The position numbers and the translations under genes were made by a program. The notes beneath the pieces were generated by a model. The model did no database searches, had not been told where the DNA came from, and worked only from the letters and a program-made list of their open reading frames with translations. A stretch of 25,568 nucleotides of DNA from a virus (taxonomy: Duplodnaviria; Caudoviricetes), in the IMG/VR virus record IMGVR_UViG_3300005442_000002, positions 1 to 25,568 of that record. One strand, 5' to 3'. Numbering within the stretch: the stretch's first letter is position 1; every line of letters begins with the position of its first letter. Shown piece after piece: positions 1-8,399 of this stretch.

Positions 1-21
1 ACTCCTAAAATTTAATAAAAC

Positions 22-247
22 TTACTTTCCCCTATTCAACAACTCCTCGTTTTTCTTCAACTCGTTCTGCAAATAATCTATAAACGAACCATACTCCGTA
101 TTGAAGTGCTCCCACCCTTTATTCTCAATATACTGCACCTTCTCCCTAACTTCCCGATAATAACTGAAGTACAAGAGAAACAGAAACACAAAACAAAGTA
201 AAACTAACACAAACTAAAACTAACACCTTCCACCAGTTAATCTTCAT
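22..247 (-). pseudogene. Small single-TM membrane protein gene, frameshifted by a 16-bp tandem duplication
   Basis: RBS AAGGAGGGG and ATG at 247 give MKINWWKVLVL. The near-tandem 16-mers at 195-210 and 211-226 shift the frame. Removing one unit joins this start to the 22..210 ORF (69 aa). Confidence 0.6.
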
Positions 248-374
248 CCCGATACCCCTCCTTATGGAGTGTCTTCAAGTGCAACTGAATTAACTCTTCC
301 AACTCTTTATTGAAACTCGGACTAGAGAATAATTTTTCAACAGTGAGTAAAACACGGTTTGCTACACCTTCCAA
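237..374 (-). CDS. Small hypothetical protein (45 aa, MEGVANRVLLTVEKLF...), not in the ORF track
   Basis: AAGGGGG RBS before a TTG at 374. Fills the gap between its neighbours, and its 3' end overlaps the next RBS/ATG. Confidence 0.6.
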   Translation of the reverse strand: MEGVANRVLLTVEKLFSSPSFNKELEELIQLHLKTLHKEGYRDED

Positions 375-388
375 ATGAATTATCCCCC

Positions 389-706
389 TTACCTCTTCAA
401 TACCCCCGACAACTTATCAGCTAACCGTTGAGTCCAACTCAAATCTAACGGAGTCTCGCAAACATACTCTTTACCTCTTATCGTGGCTTTAGACCTCACT
501 AAACGAAGGCGACCTTTCTTATCAAAGTGAAATTCGGATCTCACCATTGAGTTGTCTAAATCCTTATTCCGGTGAGTGACCGTTAATAAGGTGTCACCAC
601 CATAGATATTACCTTCAAAATTTTTCACACGCTCAACAGAAAGATACTTAGAACTGTTATAAAGGAATTTTTCAACTCGGTCGATGGGTGCAGTCAAGGT
701 TAGCAC
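389..706 (-). CDS. Hypothetical protein (105 aa)
   Basis: GGAGGGGG RBS at 713-720 and a GTG start. The only change in the repeat copy is synonymous. Confidence 0.8.
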   Translation of the reverse strand: MLTLTAPIDRVEKFLYNSSKYLSVERVKNFEGNIYGGDTLLTVTHRNKDLDNSMVRSEFHFDKKGRLRLVRSKATIRGKEYVCETPLDLSWTQRLADKLSGVLKR

Positions 707-712
707 GATATA

Positions 713-900
713 CCCCCTCCTAGCGATTACCTAGATAATACCTAGTGAATAACAAAAGGACTCCAGTTGCTCACTAGGTATTAACTCTTTATACCCCTTG
801 ACGAGATAGGAAGAAAATTTTACTTGGACTGGCAAGTTTACCCCGATACCGCATAAGCTGTGTAGCGAAGCACACAGCAATAGGGGCGATTTGACCGTTA
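713..900. other. Highly structured non-coding region (candidate leader RNA/ncRNA or single-strand origin)
   Basis: 13-bp perfect inverted repeat at 736-748/771-783, an acttg/caagt hairpin at ~822-838, and a gctgtgt-AGCGAAGC-acacagc hairpin at 857-878. Confidence 0.5.
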
Positions 901-906
901 AAAGCC

Positions 907-941
907 GTTCACATGCTTACCACTGCCTCAACCTTCAACTC
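907..941 (-). promoter_or_regulatory. Repeated intergenic motif A (GAGTTGAA-N4-GAGGYAGTGGTAAG-N4-TGAAC), candidate promoter
   Basis: 27/35 identical to 11247-11281. Both copies lie just downstream of an intrinsic terminator. Confidence 0.55.
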
Positions 942-974
942 GTAAAATATAAAATACTCGCGATACCCCCATAA

Positions 975-1005
975 ACACAAAAGCTACTGCTCACTCGCAG
1001 TAGCT
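975..1005 (-). terminator. Intrinsic terminator ending the lysis cassette
   Basis: 9-bp stem agctactgc/gcagtagct (982-990/997-1005) followed by a U-rich tract on the minus strand. Confidence 0.8.
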
Positions 1006-1026
1006 CTTCCTCTCGGTATAAACAAC

Positions 1027-1323
1027 TTACCCATTACGATAGGAAAGATGCTGAATCAATTTCTCTCTTACAGGATGGTCGTTAGGAACTAAGGCTAGAA
1101 GGGCTTCCATGATAAGCCCATTCTCCTTTCTAGCACTTTCTTGATTTTGCTTAATCTCCGAAATCTCCCTTTTCAACTCCGCAACTTCCTTTTCCACCGC
1201 TTCGACCCTCTTTCCCGTTTTCCCTAGCCCGAGCTTCTCCTTGATATTGAGGAAAGCGAGTATTACCCCCGCCACGGCCATTGTCGCTACTATAACATCG
1301 TTGACAGTTACCTGATCTAACAT
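1027..1323 (-). CDS. Small lysis-cassette membrane protein (single TM plus coiled coil; holin/XhlA-like role possible)
   Basis: N-terminal hydrophobic helix, heptad-like C-terminal region, GAGGTG RBS, directly after the endolysin. Confidence 0.6.
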   Translation of the reverse strand: MLDQVTVNDVIVATMAVAGVILAFLNIKEKLGLGKTGKRVEAVEKEVAELKREISEIKQNQESARKENGLIMEALLALVPNDHPVREKLIQHLSYRNG

Positions 1324-1345
1324 AGGTGCTCACCTCTATATCTCT

Positions 1346-2215
1346 TTAATCTAACTTACAATAACAACAGTTACCCCCATCTAACCTTTTAACCAACTCT
1401 TTATAGATTCTCATCCCTACAGCTACCCCTCGATGAAAATCGAGGGTTCCGGTTGGGTCAGAAACGATACCTAACTCTTGCGCCAACTTCATATCCTCCT
1501 TCAACCAAGAAGGACAATCTTGAATTTTAGTGTGTTCCAACAACTTAGACTCCAACTCTTTTACCTTAGCTTCCAAATTTTCGATTCGCTTCATATCGGC
1601 ATCACTTACTCCTTCATTCTCATTTTTAGCAGGTCCGAGCCAGAACCCCTCATTCCCATACGACTCGTTATGGTCGACCACGATACCTACAAAGGGAACG
1701 TCATTCTTATACTGGTACACATTCGCATGGGTGGAGCGTTTACCCCCAGACCACGCATAGGTCTGCCAATAACAATCTGCGGCTTTACGCTTTGCCATCT
1801 CCTCAATCACACTGTACTCCCCATAGACACCAACGAGATACTTTCCCTTGAGGACAGCTTTAACACCTTTAAGAAACTGCTCAATCGTGTCATACTGAAA
1901 ATCTTGCGTTACATCGAAGTCCACCGCAAAATAGATAGCTGAACCATACGGTTGACCTAGAGACTGCGCCTTCATAAAAGCTTCCGTGGCTTGCTTAACG
2001 CCAACCACGTAACCCCCAAGGACGGAGGACTTACCATCTTGATAGATTGACATCAGGTACAAACCCTTCTCCTTAGCAACCGCAACCTCAGAAGGGGTGA
2101 GGGACTTCCACTCTTGCTTGCCTAAATAGCGACCCACAAACTGAACACCGTTGGCGAGAAGTTTGTCGGCTAATTGAGAAGTTAACTTGGAGCCTGCAAA
2201 ATCGACGCCCTTCAT
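1346..2215 (-). CDS. Endolysin: DUF1906/GH25-like glycoside hydrolase with C-terminal putative cell-wall-binding region
   Basis: Motifs FVGRYL, IYFAVDFD, VGVYG and WQTYAWSGG are typical of DUF1906 (Rv2525c-like) hydrolases. Adjacent to the holin. Confidence 0.88.
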   Translation of the reverse strand: MKGVDFAGSKLTSQLADKLLANGVQFVGRYLGKQEWKSLTPSEVAVAKEKGLYLMSIYQDGKSSVLGGYVVGVKQATEAFMKAQSLGQPYGSAIYFAVDFDVTQDFQYDTIEQFLKGVKAVLKGKYLVGVYGEYSVIEEMAKRKAADCYWQTYAWSGGKRSTHANVYQYKNDVPFVGIVVDHNESYGNEGFWLGPAKNENEGVSDADMKRIENLEAKVKELESKLLEHTKIQDCPSWLKEDMKLAQELGIVSDPTGTLDFHRGVAVGMRIYKELVKRLDGGNCCYCKLD

Positions 2216-2227
2216 TCTATCACACCT

Positions 2228-2464
2228 TTACCGATTGTCTTTTTTGTCAATAGGCGTTTTTTGCCCATTTGTATAACCAAAATAATAACCTACGCAGAGG
2301 TTCAAAATGGTCGATACAGGCGCAACTATCCACATGATTAACTCCCGATCCGCTTCTTTAGTCGCCCAAACCAAAACCACCATGATTACAACTGCAAACA
2401 AAAGACTAAAAAATAGAGACATAAACTTACGGATGTTCAAACCATCCCAAAACCTCTTCCACAT
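2228..2464 (-). CDS. Holin (two TM helices)
   Basis: Two hydrophobic segments, a GYYFG motif and a charged tail. AAGGAGG RBS supports the ATG at 2464 rather than 2515. Confidence 0.75.
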   Translation of the reverse strand: MWKRFWDGLNIRKFMSLFFSLLFAVVIMVVLVWATKEADRELIMWIVAPVSTILNLCVGYYFGYTNGQKTPIDKKDNR

Positions 2465-2580
2465 AAGAATGCCTCCTTCCGTTTTTGATCGGTATACAAA
2501 TTGTCTCGTAATCAATATAAATTCAACTCGAGGTAGAAGTTACCAGTAGACAAATTTACTCTGAAGTGGGATAATTGAGC

Positions 2581-2665
2581 GAGGGGAAGAAGGTAGAGAA
2601 AAGGACGCAGGTAGGATAGACTTAGTCCATCTATCCATACTCTACGTCCTTTAACCTTTCTCCTT
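2581..2665 (-). promoter_or_regulatory. Long hairpin (terminator/attenuator-like) upstream of the lysis genes
   Basis: Minus-strand stems aaaggacgtag/ctgcgtccttt and ggataga/tctatcc, followed by a pyrimidine tract. Confidence 0.6.
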
Positions 2666-2806
2666 AGAGGAATCATTGTTGACAATTGATTAACATTAAC
2701 CTTCGTTCAAGATTTCCCTGTATTTTTACCACCAAATTCATTTTACTATCCTAAAATTGAAAAATTCTCCCTAAACAATAACCAAATTTTTCGATACCCC
2801 CTCATA

Positions 2807-4264
2807 TTACAAATAACGATAACCGTAGCTGATATACAACACATCTTGATCGGTTTTAGTAATAGGATTAGCCAAGTTAACAAAAGAAACTAAATTACCC
2901 ATCCAATCCTTAGAGAACTTCAAACCTGCCGCTCTATTACCCGCAACCTCAGAGAACCCCGATATTTGAGTATAACCCATAACAGACCAAATATCTGCCC
3001 AAATATTGTACTTTACCCCGTTTACGAGATACTCTGATGCAGAACGTGCTCCAGGTCTATACCGTAACACTGTCGCCTCAATATTTCTTATATCCGAACA
3101 AACAAACGAGCGCCTCGGTCCGTATAAACCTCCACCAGGGACAATCATATAATTACCATCACTATCTCGACCAACTATCGCATTACGCATGACGTAAGAA
3201 GGGGAAGTGTCATAAAAAAAGTTTGTAGTGAAAGTTTGACTACCTAAATAAATTCTGGAAGCCGATTCATTAGATAAGGTTGTCATATTGTAACAATCAA
3301 TATATTGACCAGACCTGTAATAAAACAGTTTATCTCCTTCCGCAAACAATACACCATAAAGGTCGCTAGCCAAAGCAGACGATACAGACTTATTAGTAAC
3401 ATCAAACCGATAAAGAGAACCAGAACGAATAAAGTACAAATGGTTACCATAGAACACCTGTGGTATATTCGCATCCCCAAGCGGTGCTCCGTATCTCGGG
3501 TCGGTAGTATCCAATAAAGTAAATTCACCTGTCTCCAAATTAAATACTGCATTTGCAGTAGGTGTGGTTGACTTCGCTGCTGTAGAAACGAGAATCTCAT
3601 TATCGGCTGTAAAACCAGTAACTCCCGGTCGCATATAAGCATTCTCTAAACTATCAATACCCCCAAACGGAGATATATCGGTCGGGAATATACCTTTGGA
3701 TAACGAAAAACCATTTCCAGGGTTCGTGATTACCCCTAAACCGAAGCAAACCTTATTGAAGGTTCCATTAGCCTGAGTCGTATCAAACTTATACCTCTGA
3801 ATCTGTACAAAGTCATCAACCAGATGACTACCCTTAACCCTATCAATAACGCCTTCTTTAGCAGTTGTAGGTGTACGTCTAAAAGACGCATATCCTACTA
3901 ATTTATTAGGATCAATTTGGAGATTAGGAGTATACAAAGGTAAAAACTTAGAATCAACAGTTAACTCTTCATCGGAATTGATAAGATACAAAGTCCATGC
4001 TGAATCAATATTACCAATACGCATAGTATACCTTGAATCGGGGTACGCCAAAGGTGCACTTAAATGAAGCAGACCCCGATCAATTTGAGTGGGATGCAAC
4101 AAATGCAAAGAAGGTCCAGTTGCCATGAACAGCAACTTACCAATGTTCGTAACAGTATTAAACCTATGAACCTGACGATTTCCAGTCTTTTTATTCTCCA
4201 ACTCAATTACCACAAAACCTTCAATCTTTGTTCCCCTGTCCGCAAGGTTAAGATCCTTTGACAT
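2807..4264 (-). CDS. Tail fibre/receptor-binding-like tail protein
   Basis: Last gene of the tail module. Termini (IEGFVVIEL..NTVT, FDTTQANGT, PITKTDQDVLYISY) resemble Bacillota phage tail proteins, with a beta-rich middle. Confidence 0.6.
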   Translation of the reverse strand: MSKDLNLADRGTKIEGFVVIELENKKTGNRQVHRFNTVTNIGKLLFMATGPSLHLLHPTQIDRGLLHLSAPLAYPDSRYTMRIGNIDSAWTLYLINSDEELTVDSKFLPLYTPNLQIDPNKLVGYASFRRTPTTAKEGVIDRVKGSHLVDDFVQIQRYKFDTTQANGTFNKVCFGLGVITNPGNGFSLSKGIFPTDISPFGGIDSLENAYMRPGVTGFTADNEILVSTAAKSTTPTANAVFNLETGEFTLLDTTDPRYGAPLGDANIPQVFYGNHLYFIRSGSLYRFDVTNKSVSSALASDLYGVLFAEGDKLFYYRSGQYIDCYNMTTLSNESASRIYLGSQTFTTNFFYDTSPSYVMRNAIVGRDSDGNYMIVPGGGLYGPRRSFVCSDIRNIEATVLRYRPGARSASEYLVNGVKYNIWADIWSVMGYTQISGFSEVAGNRAAGLKFSKDWMGNLVSFVNLANPITKTDQDVLYISYGYRYL

Positions 4265-4275
4265 ACTTACCCCTC

Positions 4276-6105
4276 CTAATCTAAGTCATAATCAAACTCA
4301 TCATTCACAGTGAGAGAATCTAACTCTTCGTGATCCTTGATACCAACAGTATCTAGTATATAAAAATCTTCGATTTGATTTGTAGAATCAAAAGAATTTG
4401 ATTCCCTATCTCTTAAATCAATCGCATAGACATCACGCAAACCCAACTCCTCTAACAGAGTATCAAGATTTTGACCTCCTCCTTCAATCAGAAGTACATC
4501 TTCTAACCGAATAGAAGATTCAAAAGAATCATACCTTAAAACATTAACTTTAGTGAAAGTAACATAATCGACAACACTTAAGTCATCCACAATGTCCGAT
4601 GTGAATACCCCCACCGATTCCGAGTAGTAAACCTCTTCAACCGTGACGATATCCACAATATTATCAACATCATCCACTGGCTCATCTTTGTGTTCTAACA
4701 AAATATCCAAAACATCTAAAATGTTCAAATTTTCGATCTTAAAAAACTCCCTAGTAAGTTGAAGGACAGGTTTATCCTCGGGAATAACATCGTTAGGTCT
4801 GGTTTTTGTAGAAACCTGAATACGTAACCCACTAGGTGGTATAATCAAAGGAATATTAGTTTCAACCTCTGCATAAATCTTTGCCCAATAAGGTGGTGTA
4901 TTTGGAGGTAACCAATCCGAAAAGTCAAAAGCAAATTCATCCAATCCACCCCCTGGGCGAGGATTCTTTTGATACGTTCCAACTAAAACATCATCCACAT
5001 AGAGCTTTACTGTTATATAATCAGAAGGACTTAAATCTAAAGAACACTTATAGTCCATGCTAACCGTACAAATAGTCAAATCACTAATAACAAATAACGT
5101 TGGCTGAGTCTTTATTTCCTTTTCATAAGGCTCCCCGTTTGGAGAGATATTCGGCGGTAACGGGTGATTTAGATTACTAGGTCCTAAAAACCCAACACCA
5201 CCTCCACCACCAGCCACTATGAATCTATCGTAGAGGTTATTCATCCAAACGAGCGAACCCTCTTCTCCAGACCAACGAACATCTGTAGCACCTCCACCGC
5301 TGAACGCACCACCGAGACCAGCTCCTCCTCCGTTCCAAGCATAAAGACCATTAGTTTGTCTTCCTTCTTCACCGACATAAATATAAAGCACAGTTCCTGC
5401 TTTAAAATAGAATTCTCCCTTTGCATAACCCCCTTTACCCCCACTATACTTATCACCAAGACGATTAAGTCCTCCGCCCTGCGCCCCATAACATTCAATA
5501 GTGTAAATACCATCAACAGGTACGGTGTAAGTCTGTACTTTTCCAGTATAATCGAACCTAATAATCCCGTTAATTAAACAATATCCGTGACCTTCATTTA
5601 CCCCCATTCGGTACTCAACACTTCCGGGTAAGGCGAAAAATTGTATATCAGGAGGATTATAACCAACAGGCTTATAAGAATCGATAGTATTTACATACCC
5701 CGATCCGCCACCTCCACCAGCACCGATATAACCTGAACCCCCGCCAAACCAACCTGAACCCCCACCACAGGAAATAGTAGAGATTGGAGTACTATATCCA
5801 CCACCAATACCGAACTTACCATCTTGGAATCCCTTACCTGGGGCTTCCTGACTAGCTCCATACCCCGATAGGGAGGGATAACTTTCACTAAAAGGAGTTC
5901 CATCAGAAGGTATAGGCTTACCATTATCCCCCCTAATACCCCCACCTGCACCAGTGGAAGGCAACCCTCCAAAAACAAAACCCCAAGGAAACCCGATAGT
6001 GAAATTATAATCTCCTTTTGAAAAAGGCGGGTGAAAGAACCTACTTAATATAATCCCCAATACAAGAGCGTCATCTCTTCTAAAGAGTGTACTCAAGACC
6101 ATCAC
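4276..6105 (-). CDS. Tail protein with glycine-rich (ALK/LTK-like Gly_rich) domain and acidic C-terminal repeats
   Basis: Motifs FDYTGxVQT, ECYGAQGG, LYIYVG, GGGATDVR, IVAGGGGG, GWFGGG and GGGGGSGYV. Confidence 0.75.
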   Translation of the reverse strand: MMVLSTLFRRDDALVLGIILSRFFHPPFSKGDYNFTIGFPWGFVFGGLPSTGAGGGIRGDNGKPIPSDGTPFSESYPSLSGYGASQEAPGKGFQDGKFGIGGGYSTPISTISCGGGSGWFGGGSGYIGAGGGGGSGYVNTIDSYKPVGYNPPDIQFFALPGSVEYRMGVNEGHGYCLINGIIRFDYTGKVQTYTVPVDGIYTIECYGAQGGGLNRLGDKYSGGKGGYAKGEFYFKAGTVLYIYVGEEGRQTNGLYAWNGGGAGLGGAFSGGGATDVRWSGEEGSLVWMNNLYDRFIVAGGGGGVGFLGPSNLNHPLPPNISPNGEPYEKEIKTQPTLFVISDLTICTVSMDYKCSLDLSPSDYITVKLYVDDVLVGTYQKNPRPGGGLDEFAFDFSDWLPPNTPPYWAKIYAEVETNIPLIIPPSGLRIQVSTKTRPNDVIPEDKPVLQLTREFFKIENLNILDVLDILLEHKDEPVDDVDNIVDIVTVEEVYYSESVGVFTSDIVDDLSVVDYVTFTKVNVLRYDSFESSIRLEDVLLIEGGGQNLDTLLEELGLRDVYAIDLRDRESNSFDSTNQIEDFYILDTVGIKDHEELDSLTVNDEFDYDLD

Positions 6106-6109
6106 CCAC

Positions 6110-6244
6110 TCATTCTTCCGACGTTCTTACTTCATACTGCCCCTGCGCTATATGCCCAAGAATTACCCCCAAGAAGAAATCTGCCCACCACTCAGGATCG
6201 TTAAAAGTATTTAACTCCTCAGTATTAGGAATATTTTCCGTCAT
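6110..6244 (-). CDS. Small tail-module protein (44 aa, MTENIPNTEELNTFNDPEWWADFFLGVILGH...), not in the ORF track
   Basis: GAGGTG RBS before an ATG at 6244, TGA at 6110-6112. Fills the gap within the operon. Confidence 0.6.
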   Translation of the reverse strand: MTENIPNTEELNTFNDPEWWADFFLGVILGHIAQGQYEVRTSEE

Positions 6245-6297
6245 TAGACTCACCTCAACAAATAGAATAATGGTCGTTAAAATTCTAACTCCAAATT

Positions 6298-7014
6298 TTA
6301 TAAGGTACTCGAAGTTCCCAAGTCTATTTGCCCAATTATATTACTTATACCCACCGTTTGACCAAAGTTAGTATCAATAGCTATAATTCGACCTTCGAAA
6401 TAAGCAGGTCGGAACTTGATTTCTAGAGTTGAACCTGGGATGAATACCCCTAGCCCGTTTATCGAACCATCTTCATTACGATATATTTTCATATGTTCAG
6501 CCTCACCCTCTTTTTGAAGGGTGTTAACAATCTTCATAACTTGAGAATCAGAAATATCCTGCGATTGAAACATCTCAAAACTATAAATGGTTAGCGGATC
6601 ACTCAACTCATTTTTAATAACAATCTTCAACTGAAACATCTTACGGTCGAGAGTCGTAAGAACTGTATCATCCGTATACCTATTATTAGAATCCTTAAAA
6701 GTTGTGTTGAACCCCAAAGATCGAACTCTGGTCTTATACGGTACATTATTAGAATCTTTATAAACCTCCTGAATAAAAATTGTAGGCTTGTTTCGGTAGT
6801 TATTGACCAAAGATAAACCCTCAGACTCAAATACCGTATGAAGTCTATAATACTTAAACTCCACATTAACTTCTTCCACTAAAGTCAAAGTAGCACTCCC
6901 ACCACCGTTCAAAGTAAGAACACCATTAGTTATACTACCATTCACCACAACCCATCTATTATCAAATTTACCGATAAAATTTTCGGTATTCCAACGAATT
7001 GTATCCGTCGCCAT
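6298..7014 (-). CDS. Tail-associated protein (beta-rich, possibly carbohydrate-binding-like)
   Basis: Position after the tail-tip hub gene, RBS, beta-strand composition. Confidence 0.5.
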   Translation of the reverse strand: MATDTIRWNTENFIGKFDNRWVVVNGSITNGVLTLNGGGSATLTLVEEVNVEFKYYRLHTVFESEGLSLVNNYRNKPTIFIQEVYKDSNNVPYKTRVRSLGFNTTFKDSNNRYTDDTVLTTLDRKMFQLKIVIKNELSDPLTIYSFEMFQSQDISDSQVMKIVNTLQKEGEAEHMKIYRNEDGSINGLGVFIPGSTLEIKFRPAYFEGRIIAIDTNFGQTVGISNIIGQIDLGTSSTL

Positions 7015-7016
7015 GA

Positions 7017-8399
7017 TTAAGCACCCCTCATCTTAACCATAGTGAGCGTAACATTAACCCTAGAAAAAGCAACACTCATACTGAACTTAGTTACAAGATA
7101 TCGACCATCGAAACTCGATTCTCCTGTATTTATAGTAATATATACCCCAGTCGTGATAAGAGGGCTTAACGCTCCAGATACAACAACCTCTTGCTGCATA
7201 TTACCTAAATACTTCGCTACCTCATTGACATAGGTTTGAGCAACATTTCTATCTTGAATAACAAAAGATTCAATCGCCAAAGTATTCGAAACCTTGACAT
7301 CCGTGTCTTTAACTTCACTTTCCACAAAAGAGTTTGTCAAACCTGCAATTCGACCTTCAACCGTTACACTCACATAAACTGGCTCCGTAAGATTACTTAC
7401 CACCGTGATATTGATACCATTTTGACTAGCTGAATAATCAAGAACCTCGATCTGGTCGATATACGACTCAGCAGTAGCATCTAAATCAATATACACTCCA
7501 TCAATAGACAGAATGTTTTGCTGAATACTTATATTATCTAGTCTATTCTCGCCTGGATTAAGCCTAACATTATTTTGTTGATAGATAATAGAAGAAGGTT
7601 GGTTATTATCGACTTCATTGTAAGACAAGGTTACCCTGTTATAAACAGAGAGTTGGTTATGCTCAATTTGCATATTCTGAAGCCTTAAAGAATTAAGTTC
7701 CCCATAATCATCAATATTAGGGAATGCAGGTTTTACCTGAATTACCCCCGATCGATCGATAGTGATACGAGCCAACAAAGCCTGTGCTATTGTATTTAAC
7801 ACATCACGAAGCAAATCACCCTTAGTGATAGAAACTAACATACTGACCTTATCTTCTAACGAAGGGTCAATATTATATTCATCCGTCGATACCCCAATAG
7901 CGGAGAAGATCTCCTTTAAGAGATCGACTACATCAACCCCTGAATAGGCCGATAATTTAGGAATCTCTCGGTTACCGATAAAAGCCAACTTATCCGTACA
8001 AGTGATACTCGCCGCTTTTGCCCCGCCATTTTCAATAACTACAGACCAATTCTCAGTATAATACTTCCCATAATCCAGCCAAGTGTTTCCACCATCAATA
8101 GAGATATATAACTCCACAAATACCCCGTTACGCATATAACCATAGTAAGGGCTGTTTGTATTGGTAGGAATCAACCTATTCTGGAGATCCCAAATTGTCA
8201 AATTACAGTAGTTAGGTGACATAATACCAACAGGGTTTCCAGAGGTAGCCGCTTCCGACTCATCAACCTGCAACTGCAACAAGATACCATCACAGTCTTT
8301 ATAATCGGATCGGGATGTATAAACCAACCCATTATCAAAGGTCAATACAGCCTTAAATATCTCAGACCCCAACCATTCAACTTGACCCACTACCTCCAC
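7017..8399 (-). CDS. Tail tip/baseplate hub (Tal/gp27-like) protein
   Basis: Two genes after the tape measure. YGKYY..W, ITCTDKL and IDRSGVIQVK patterns and the length fit hub proteins. Confidence 0.65.
   Translation of the reverse strand: MEVVGQVEWLGSEIFKAVLTFDNGLVYTSRSDYKDCDGILLQLQVDESEAATSGNPVGIMSPNYCNLTIWDLQNRLIPTNTNSPYYGYMRNGVFVELYISIDGGNTWLDYGKYYTENWSVVIENGGAKAASITCTDKLAFIGNREIPKLSAYSGVDVVDLLKEIFSAIGVSTDEYNIDPSLEDKVSMLVSITKGDLLRDVLNTIAQALLARITIDRSGVIQVKPAFPNIDDYGELNSLRLQNMQIEHNQLSVYNRVTLSYNEVDNNQPSSIIYQQNNVRLNPGENRLDNISIQQNILSIDGVYIDLDATAESYIDQIEVLDYSASQNGINITVVSNLTEPVYVSVTVEGRIAGLTNSFVESEVKDTDVKVSNTLAIESFVIQDRNVAQTYVNEVAKYLGNMQQEVVVSGALSPLITTGVYITINTGESSFDGRYLVTKFSMSVAFSRVNVTLTMVKMRGA

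Larger units (their letters stand above)
1..1115 (+). repeat. Terminal direct repeat/overlap, copy 1
   Basis: Matches 24463..25568 except that 59-67 (aactcgttc) is absent in copy 2, and there are SNPs at 578, 886, 888 and 891. Confidence 0.97.

Noticed and set aside
778-790. 13-nt complementarity between 778-790 and 14023-14035 (possible trans-acting RNA pairing)
   Set aside because: Several 13-mer matches are expected by chance in an AT-rich 24-kb genome. No further support.
713-900. Known riboswitch or tRNA
   Set aside because: I could not match the conserved cores of c-di-GMP, T-box or tRNA folds by eye. An Rfam search is needed to exclude them formally.
1478-1942. This and the other + strand or nested ORFs in the track (e.g. 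17214..17648, 22551..22973, 3283..3642)
   Set aside because: They overlap well-supported minus-strand genes and lack RBSs and motifs.
2679-2710. Perfect TTGACA on the + strand
   Set aside because: No acceptable -10 at 16-18 bp and no downstream + strand gene.
2807-7014. Diversity-generating retroelement or invertible tail-fibre cassette
   Set aside because: No reverse transcriptase, recombinase or template/variable repeat pair was seen.
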